In this document: piece after piece, positions 52,720 through 64,000 of the stretch
Layout of the letters: each line of letters begins with the position of its first letter
Numbering within the stretch: the stretch's first letter is position 1
Origin: the human T2T-CHM13v2.0 reference genome, Homo sapiens
Assembly (NCBI RefSeq): GCF_009914755.1
Contig: NC_060947.1
Reading direction: 5' to 3' (one strand)
Length of the DNA: 64,000 nt
Program-made: the position numbers and the translations under genes
Notes under the pieces: model-generated
Told to the model about the DNA's origin: nothing
The model's input: only the letters and a program-made list of their open reading frames with translations
Database searches by the model: none

Positions 52720-54859
52720 TAAATTGTTGTGTATCATCCTTTAAAAATAGCAATTTTAGTTTTAGTTTTTCCAGTTTTTTTGAGGTATAATTGACATAAA
52801 ATAATGTCAATTTAAAGTATATGATGTGATGGCTTTAGAAGTATTTCACAAAAAAATTTTTTTGGTCCTTTAACTTATTTTAGAAACAAACAAAAATCAA
52901 ATAAGCTTTGTATTTATCTTTTCTTCCACCTCCTGATGTTTATAATGCCTAAACATTGACATGTTTCTGTTGCTCCTACACTTAAACATTTAATCATATG
53001 CGAACCGATCATTTATGAAACTGACTTTAACAAAGGGTATAGGATGGAGAACCTTATTCTTACTATGAAGGAATAGATGGAGGCTGTTGCTAAGCCTTTT
53101 CCCTATCTAATATGTTCTAGTAATGGGTGAAGGACCTTAAAAAGTTGGTTATTTGAATCCTGAAGGGGTGATTCACCTCTTTTAGGCTCAGCCACGTTTT
53201 TCCAACCTTTGTATCCTCAGGCAGAAAACTGTGGTTTAAACATGGCATCCCAATGAGTCAGGAAATGACTTCACTTCTTACTGAACTGCTTTTCTCTCTA
53301 ATGGGAAGCCCTGAAATAGATGTGCCTTGCATCCCTGCTGCAAGCCTTTGCTGTCATTTAGAGGAGCTATTGCTCTATCAGAATTCACACTGAAGCCTAT
53401 TATTCCAGGGAGACAATTTTGTTTTAAAGAAGTGATTTGTTATTTTAGGACTTGGCAAACAAGCATATGAGGGGGAAAAAGTTCATTTGGAGAGATGGCA
53501 ATAACTCTTGGAGAGGTGTGCTTCTACCTTACTTTGTTTTGTTTTACAAAAAGGGCCAGGATTTGGCACAAGCTAAAATTGTGTAAAACGAATTTATCAG
53601 GCTCAGCCAGCTTCTGCTCATTGCCCTTGAAAATAAACTGCCATGTCTTTTATACACCTACATGTGATACACCTTCTGTTGCTTAAGTGGGACACGGTTG
53701 GAAGAAATACCCAACAAAGCGGTACAAATGCCTTGTGATCATAATCAGGAATTGGTGGAAATTGACACGTGACAAAATAATTTGTATTAAGTTTTCCATA
53801 GCCATGCTATGCCTCCACCAGTGATTGCCTGTGCTGACTTATCATTTATTCAAAGTCTCATTGGAAGCAATTATAGACATTTTAGAATAGGCAGTCAAAA
53901 TAACAAGTCATTCAGACCGGCAATTATGCATTATATGTAGTTGTCCTTTCTATTAGAAGATGACACTATTGATGCCACAACCTTCCCATGTAAAAAACAA
54001 ATGTGGCTGAAAGACTGAAATGTGACTGTCAGATTCTTCCCCTTGGATCAGGCACGCTGCCTGTCATTTTGCTGTGAACTCAAGTGGCAGCCTGCAGGCG
54101 TCCTGGCTTTTCTTCTCCACCTCTTAGCCTCATGGTCAGGGCCTAATTAGGCATTATGAGCAGGCAAAGAACATTTTTGCAAAGTCCTTTCATGTGGGAA
54201 ATGGTTTAGAGGCCTCAGTGAGGGTTATAGGCTCCTGGATGATTTTTGAGCTTTGACCCTCTGGGTGCAGTTGACTTGGCTGCATTTCCTTTAGAGTGAC
54301 AAAACAGGGATGCTTTTTTGCCAAGCCTGGTGTCCTTCAGAACTTCAGATTGATCCATGTCTTAGCAGAGGCTGTGAAAACACGGGATTTATCTGTCAAA
54401 TTTATATTTATGGAATGTGGCGGTCTAACTGTGCTTAATGTGTTTGGTTGATTTGCAAAATGGGCTGTCTCCTTAAAAAAGTCAAATTGTAAAAGGCTGT
54501 ATCTTTCACTGAGAGGCTGAGTTAATAAGGAACAGCTGGGGCCGAGTGATGTCATGTGCCACCTGCATGAAAGGCCGCCCAGAGGCTCACACCAAAAGAG
54601 AGTGCTCCAGAGAAGTGGGTTTCAAACCTATTATTATTATTTTTTTTGTAATTTTTTTTTTTTTTTTGCAGAGGAACATTTTTCCCATTGAAATCATTTT
54701 CAAAACCCCAAAATATATCACAAAGATGCAAGCTGACTTGCTGTGTATAAAGCTACAATGAGGAGTCCAGGACTCATTCAGCTTTCCTATCATAAGCAAC
54801 AGTCCTTGAAACTCTTTCTTGGAATTTTGGGGAGCAAGGATATACAACAAGAGTGTTTT

Positions 54860-55065
54860 CGGTAGTGGGATGTGTGTACCCCAGAGAGCTGACAAGATCA
54901 TTCATTTGGGTGTTGGAAGAAAATGTTAGTAATTGTATTTATATTTATTTTTCTTTCATCTTAAAAATTCCTATTTTTATATGCATGATAATATAATAGT
55001 CCAGTGATATATTGGCACACATAATTTATAAATAAACGACATATACTGGGGGAGCATGCTTAATT
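54860..55065. mobile_element. probable hAT-Charlie relic (Charlie4-like)
   Basis: gtgtgtacccca...caagatcattcatttgggtgttggaagaaaat...aatttataaataaac...ggggagcatgct. Confidence 0.4.
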
Positions 55066-55205
55066 TCTTTTCTTTTTTTTGTTCTATTTAGGTACATTTT
55101 AAATTTTAATAGTTGTTTCCAAACTTAATTTATTTTCTGATAAAAACTTACTAGCAATGGTATTTGGATACTAATGGCCTAGGAGTTGGGAAAGATGATT
55201 CATGG

Positions 55206-55660
55206 TGCAGCACTATTCACAGCAGCAAAGACATCGAATCAACCTAGGTGCCCATTAATGGTGGATTGGACCAAGAAAATGTGGTACATATACACCATGG
55301 AATACTATGCAGCCATAACAAAGAATGAAATCATGTCCTTTGCAGCAACATGGATGCAGCTGGAGGTCATTATCCTAAGAAAATTAATGCAGGAACAGAA
55401 AACTAAATACTGCAGGTTCTCACTTATGAGTGGGTACTAAATATTTGGTACTCATGGACATAAAGATGGAAACAATAGACACTATAGTTGAATAGTGGAA
55501 GGAGAGAAGAGAAAAGGGTTGAAAAACTGTTGGGTACTATGCTCAGTACCTGGGTGATGGGATCAATCATACCCCAAACCTCAGCATCATGCAATATACC
55601 TATATAACCTGCACATGTACCCCTTGAATCTAAAGGAAAAGTTGAAATTATAAAAAGAAA
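55206..55660 (+). mobile_element. L1PB/L1MA-type 3' end
   Basis: gcagcactattcacag...gaaaatgtggtacatatacaccatggaatactatgcagcc...aaagttgaaattataaaaa; flanked by gattcatgg. Confidence 0.9.
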
Positions 55661-55785
55661 GATTCATGGGCACAGTGTAGATGATTCATGGATAGATTGG
55701 AAGAAAACTGGCTCAGTTATTCTTGGCAGAGTGAATAGCAAGAACGTACCACAAGGGGGTGGGGTGGAATTTAATATTTGGACCT

Positions 55786-56585
<800 letters not shown>

Positions 56586-56644
56586 ACCCCCCAACCCCCC
56601 CTTTTTTTTCTCAGTAGAAGATAAGCTAGATCAACAACCCCTAA

Positions 56645-56855
56645 AGTAGTTTGCAAATTCAGATGCCAAAGGGGCCGAGAAGGCACACACTATTGATCCA
56701 TATTATAGACGAGGATGTTTCAAATGGGGACTTCAAGAGGCTGAGCTTTGGTTAAAGGCAATAAAATCAATAAAATTCAATTGCTTGTAATATTCTATGC
56801 TGACTAAACTAAATGTGTCCACCGACTGCTTTGGTTAATTTCTGCAACCTTTGAG
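56645..56855. mobile_element. MER102-like hAT-Charlie relic
   Basis: ttgcaaattcagatgccaaaggggcc...ctgcaacctttg termini. Confidence 0.4.
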
Positions 56856-57097
56856 TCTTAGTGGAAAAGATTTGGGGAAGCTTATTGCTAAGGTCAAATA
56901 AGTGGAATCTAGCCAATCTATTGGATGGGCCCCTTTAAGCTAAAGGCTAATATGAAGAGGCAGAGGTAGTTTGACACAAAGGTTTTAGGAGATTCTATGG
57001 GCCACATTTCACGGCCACAACTTGGAGTCAGGCAGTGTACCAGGGCCAGCCTGACTCTGATAGAAAAAATTTCAACAAAGTTTTTATCAACCCCAAC

Positions 57098-57424
57098 TTT
57101 ATATTTGTATATATATATATACATATATTTATATTTATATATGTATATATACACACACACACAATCCCAGCTTTTTATATATATATAATATATATATATA
57201 AAGTGAGCAGATTTCTGTTGCATAAAGCCACCTCTTTATATATATATCCACTCTCTCTCTATATATATATCCACTACATATATATATATATCCACTATAT
57301 ATATATATCCACTATATATATATATCCACTATATATATATATCCACTATATATATATATACATATATATCCACTATATATATATATACATATATATCCAC
57401 TATATATATATATACATATATATC

Positions 57425-57471
<47 letters not shown>

Positions 57472-57478
57472 TATATAA
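57098..57478. repeat. complex (TA)n/(CA)n tract containing a CCAC(TA)n minisatellite
   Basis: Ten ccac-initiated units starting 57228-57424, with spacings 20, 23, 21, 17, 17, 17, 27, 27, 27. Confidence 0.92.
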
Positions 57479-57959
57479 TTCCAAGTTTACAATACTGATA
57501 AACAAATCTCCAAATCTCTTCCATCACCATGGCTACCCCTATAATACAAAAGGTACTGGGCCTTGTCATGCCTGTGATATTCCAAATAGCTTATGGCCAG
57601 ATTTTCTGGCACCTCAGGCCATAGGTAAAAGATTGTAAAACTGGAAATTTAATCTATCAGGGTCCATTTGCTTATTGTACCCAGGAAACTAGGACTAAGC
57701 AAAGATGAGTTCAGACTTTAGCTGAAATGTTCTAAAGCAAGAAATTAGCAATTGCAAGAACAATGGCAAAGGCTTCTTTGAGGAGATAAAGATTAAAGAG
57801 CAGTCATGGGGAGAGGTGCTGAACACAGTTTTCAGCCCACTTAGGTTCATATCACTTGTGTTTGGATTAATTTTATATTTAACATTAGGCCTCTGGGGCA
57901 TCAGGTCCCTAAATTTAAATAGTTAATTTTTGCCAGCATGTAGGACCTTTTGTAGTTTT

Positions 57960-59400
57960 AAAAAAGTATTTTAGGGAAATTATGTACAATTTATACTTTT
58001 CTAGTTATATTTTTATATTTATACTTTAAAAAAGCAAACACCCATGTTAATTGCCACCTACACAAAGAAAGAAAACATTATCAGTACCCTAGAAACCTTC
58101 CAAATGTCCTTTCCGTCAATCATTTCATCCCTCTCCCTACCAGGTATAATCACTATCCCGCTTTTTTATAGGAATAACTTTCTTGATTTTCTTTATAATT
58201 TTATTATCTGTGTACATGTCCCTAAACCATATTTTACCTGTTTTTGAACTTTATTTTAATGAAATCATACTCCGTGTATTTTTTTCTGTTTTGCTTTCTC
58301 TGTTCAACATTGTGTTTCTAAGCTTCATTTTCCTGTGTGGTAACTCTAATTTGTGAATTGCTATTGCTGTGTAACATTCCATTGTATGACTATACCACAA
58401 TTTATTTACCCATTCTATTGTTGGTGGACAGTTATTTCTAGTTTGGGGCAATTATGAACAATGAACATTCTTGTGTATATATCCTGATTAAAGAAGCATG
58501 CATTTCTTCATGTTACTATTAGTAGATGATGCTAAACTGTTTTCCAAAGTGGTTAAACCAATTTATACTTTCACCAGCAGTGTGTAAGAGTTCTTGTTAC
58601 TCTACATCCTTGCAACACTTGGTATCATAGTGCTTAAAATTTTTTGTCAAACTGATGTGATATCTCACTATGGCTTTAATTTGCATTTTCTTGAATTACT
58701 GGTGACTTTAACCACATTTCATTGAAATCTAAAGTATGTGTATATATGTATATATAAAAATATGTTACACATGTATACATACACATGCATATACATACAT
58801 TCTTTGGCCATTTCAGTTCCTCTTCTTTGAAGTGGTTGTTTAAACCCATTTAAAACATTTTTATTTTAATTTTAGATTCAGGAGGTACATGTATGCACGT
58901 GTTCGTTACATGAGTATATTGTATACTGGTGGGGATTGGGCTTCTAATGTGCCCATTACCCAAATAGTGAACATTGTGCCTAATAGATAATTTTTCAATC
59001 CTTGCCCCGCCTACCCACCCCGCTTTTGGAGTCCCCAGTATCTATTATTTCCATCTTTATGTCCATGTGTACCCATAGTTTAGCTCCTACTTATAAGTGA
59101 GAACATGCAGTATTTGATTTTCTGTTTCTAATTTAGTTCACTTAGGATAATGGCCTCCAAAAACATCCATGTTGCAGCAAAGGACTTGATTTCATTCTTT
59201 TTAATGAGAGCTCATTTTTTTCTATTGGTTTGTTTGCCTTTTCCTTATTGTTTTGTGGGAGTTCCTATTATGTGTGTTGTAAAAATATTGTCTTCTATTT
59301 TGTGGCTAGCCTTTTTACTGTTTTAATTATATCTCTGATGAACAGACCTTCTTATTTTTAATGTCGTCAAGTTTATTGATCTTTTGCTTTATAGTCAGTT
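57960..59400 (-). mobile_element. L1M (L1ME/MD-like) 3' region, interrupted by a younger L1
   Basis: cattccattgtatgactataccacaatttatttacccattct...aaactgttttccaaagtggtt...ttaatttgcatttt. Confidence 0.8.
58858..59206 (-). mobile_element. L1PB/L1PA16-like 3' end
   Basis: tttagattcaggaggtacatgt...cttataagtgagaacatgcagtatttg...gcaaaggacttgatttcattctttttaatg. Confidence 0.85.
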
Positions 59401-59599
59401 TTTTTGGTCTTCTTGTTTCCAAAGTTATATGTTTATTGCAGAAACTTTAGAAATACAGAAAGAATGAATATCATATAATTCTACCACCCAAAGACAACCA
59501 TGGTTAGCACGTCATTTGGTCATTTTTAAATGGCATATATATGTGACATGACATTTCCTTTATGAATGAAGGATTATAGTTGCACACACACAAATATTT

Positions 59600-59965
59600 A
59601 GTGATGCAGAGATGAACACATGTTCTCTATTGTTAGGGAGCTTGTGGCTTATTAAGTCAGAGACATGCAAGTTTATAAATATGTACAATAAAGTGTTATA
59701 GGTCTATTGATAGAAGAGTGCACAGGATACAGTAGAGGCCAAAGGAGGAGTGGTCATTTTTACCTGGGTGGGCCAGGAAATGCATCATCAAGGAGATGCC
59801 ATGAGCTAAGCAGGCGGGAAGGAGAGAATGAGCTCATCCAAAGGCTCCAGAGGCAGCATAATATGTGGTGGTCAGAGAGCTGAAAATTGTTTAATGCAGC
59901 TAGAATGTGGGTTGGTGGCAGGGGGAAGGTGAAATACAATGAGAGAAAAGCCATGAAGCTGAGAG
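59600..59965 (-). mobile_element. L2 fragment
   Basis: gatgcagagatgaacac...gggagcttgtgg...gccaggaaatgcatcatcaaggag. Confidence 0.5.
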
Positions 59966-60299
59966 ATAAACTATCTTACAGTTTGAGGCTGGCCTCTTTT
60001 CCTAAATTGTTGTCTCTGCCTTTCCCTAGCCATTTCTGTCTTCATAGTGTCATCCTGTAGCAGTACTGTCTGCCAGGGCAGATGGAACTCTTGGGGAAGT
60101 GCAAACAAAACCTAACACTTTGACAGTCTTTCTTCATTATGGGATAATGAGTTATTTTGTTTCCTTAACATTTGGCTGAAAAATCTTCTCCTGCTACACT
60201 TTAGACTTCCACCAGGAAGAAATTACAGGATTTAGTAAGAAAAATGGACCCAAATGAGCTGCTAGATGAAGAGGTGGAGTTGTGCCCCTGAGAGCCAGG

Positions 60300-60510
60300 A
60301 TTGCATGGTGGTTAAGGGCACAGATTTTAGAGACAGACAGATCTGAATTTCAATCTTGGCTCTACCATTTCACATGGCAGTTTCACAGCCATGGACAAGT
60401 CACTTAACCCAAGTTTCAGCTTCCTCCTATTTTGGTAGGAAACGATAATATTTACCTATAGGGTTATTGTGAGGATTCTATGTAATAATTTATACAAATC
60501 ATCTAGGAGG
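60300..60510 (+). mobile_element. MIR SINE
   Basis: gcatggtggttaagggcacagattttagagacagac...acctatagggttattgtgaggatt. Confidence 0.78.
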
Positions 60511-60689
60511 ATGGGAAAAACTTTATACCTCGTAACTACTCTGCTACTATTGCCTGTCCAAAACAAAACCGAAAAAACAACCAAACAAACCCCCAAAACC
60601 TTAGAAGTTAATCTGTTCTGGGACATATTGCATATGATTGTTTTCTTTCTTAAGGAGCTAGATTGAAATGAAACATAGTTGTTTTCCCT

Positions 60690-62480
<1,791 letters not shown>

Positions 62481-62494
62481 TTTGACTGAATGGC

Positions 62495-62617
62495 TTTCTC
62501 TTTCTTCCTTCTTTCCTTTTCTTCCCTTCCCTCCATCTCTCCCTTCCTTCCTTCTCCTGTTTTCTTCCCTCCCTTCCCTTTTTCTTCCCTTCCTCCTTCT
62601 CCCCCCTTTCCCCTCCC
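62495..62617. repeat. polypyrimidine (CCTT/CT-rich) tract
   Basis: About 120 nt almost exclusively C and T. Confidence 0.85.
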
Positions 62618-62828
62618 AATCTTGGGAGCCAGGGGTTGATTTTGGATCTGAGTGTTTAACCTTTTGTGATCATAGCTTAATATGCTTAATTATGTGGAGA
62701 CTGTACTGTATGTAAAGCTTCTCACTCTTGGCTGACCATGGGCCTTGATTTTAACGCCTCTCAATCAATATCCAAGTGTGGTATAAGCAAATGCCTTCTG
62801 GGCATAAGTGGCTTCGGTACTCTATTAG

Positions 62829-63160
<332 letters not shown>

Positions 63161-63593
63161 TAGTAGTACTCTTATCTCTCTGGATCTTTCACCTAAAATT
63201 TAGTCTTCGAGTTTAGCTATTTTGATGCGTTTAAGGTGATTAAAACAATTTTATCCAGGGTTTTAATTTCTGTTTTCAAAGGATAGTTTTATCTGAATAA
63301 CCTTATGCACCATTACTGAAAACATGAAGTCCTACTTTGATATTTATATTCCCTTTGAGTATGAAGTATTGGTGATTATACTAAGGAATATATATTTAAT
63401 TTCTAAGACTTTATTATACATAATTCTTTAACCCTTGGTGAGTTCAGTTAACCCAAGTTCTTTTCAGTTCTCCTTTCCCCATATTCAAAGAAACTCTTAC
63501 CTACTAGGCATGTAATCTCTCATTAAGAGGTATTAACACCCTCTCTGCCTGCTTCTAGGGTTTCACTATTTTCATCTTAATACAAATAATGTA

Positions 63594-63945
63594 TATGATG
63601 GGTAATTTTAATGTGTCAATGTGACTGGGCTAAGGGATGCCTGGACAGCTGGTAAAACATGATTTCTGTGTGTGTCTGTGAGGGTGTTTCTGGAAGAGAT
63701 TAGCATTTGAATCAGTAGACTAATTAAAGAAGATCCATCCTCAACAAGGTGGGTAGCATCATCCAGGCCACTGAGGGCTCAGATAAATGAAAAAGACAGA
63801 GAAAAGTCAAATTATCTCTCTCTGTGAGCTGGAACATCCTTATTTTCCTGCCTTTGGACAGTAGAGCTCCTGGTTCTCAGGCTTTCAGCCTCAGACTGGG
63901 AGTCCCCTGGTTCTCAGGTCTTCAGACTTGGATTGAATTACACCA
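63594..63945 (+). mobile_element. MLT2 (ERVL) LTR, 5' part
   Basis: gatgggtaattttaatgtgtcaatgtgactgggctaagggatgcc...gaagagattagcatttgaatcagtagact. Confidence 0.85.
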
Positions 63946-64000
63946 TGATATGGTTAGGATCTGTGTACTCACCCAAATCTCATGTTGAATTGTAATCCCC
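63946..64000 (+). mobile_element. MST/THE1 MaLR LTR start, nested in MLT2 and truncated by the window
   Basis: tgatatggttaggatctgtg...cacccaaatctcatgttgaattgtaatcccc. Confidence 0.85.

Noticed and set aside
55186-55440. ORF containing KMWYIYTMEYYAA
   Set aside because: The C-terminal remnant of L1 ORF2 in a truncated element, not an independent gene.
57035-57569. YI-repeat ORFs and a superficially CRISPR-like periodic array
   Set aside because: These are translations of the (TA)n/CCAC minisatellite. There are no unique spacers or cas genes, and the context is mammalian.

Overview
This is primate (human-like) genomic DNA: AT-rich, CpG-depleted, and either intronic or intergenic. It is dense in interspersed repeats: about ten Alus, old and young L1 fragments, L2, MIR, CR1/L3, MaLR/ERVL solo LTRs and hAT/Tc1-mariner MITEs. 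The only protein-related feature is a processed, intronless METTL1 pseudogene (tRNA m7G46 methyltransferase) on the minus strand at 40254-41483. It has a poly(A) tail and a target-site duplication (TSD), and one frameshift splits it into two ORFs. The other ORFs in the track come from repeats or are chance ORFs. The most unusual structures are: (1) an exact 29-bp copy of a nearby LTR segment inserted into a (TA)n tract, where its end appears to have seeded a minisatellite (57.2-57.5 kb); (2) a perfect 37-bp-arm MADE1 palindrome with miR-548-type arms (52.64-52.72 kb); (3) several repeat-free islands rich in TALE/HOX/CTCF/NFI motifs that look like developmental enhancers. I found no convincing novel multi-gene system. 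Repeat subfamily calls are from remembered consensus sequences and their boundaries are approximate.
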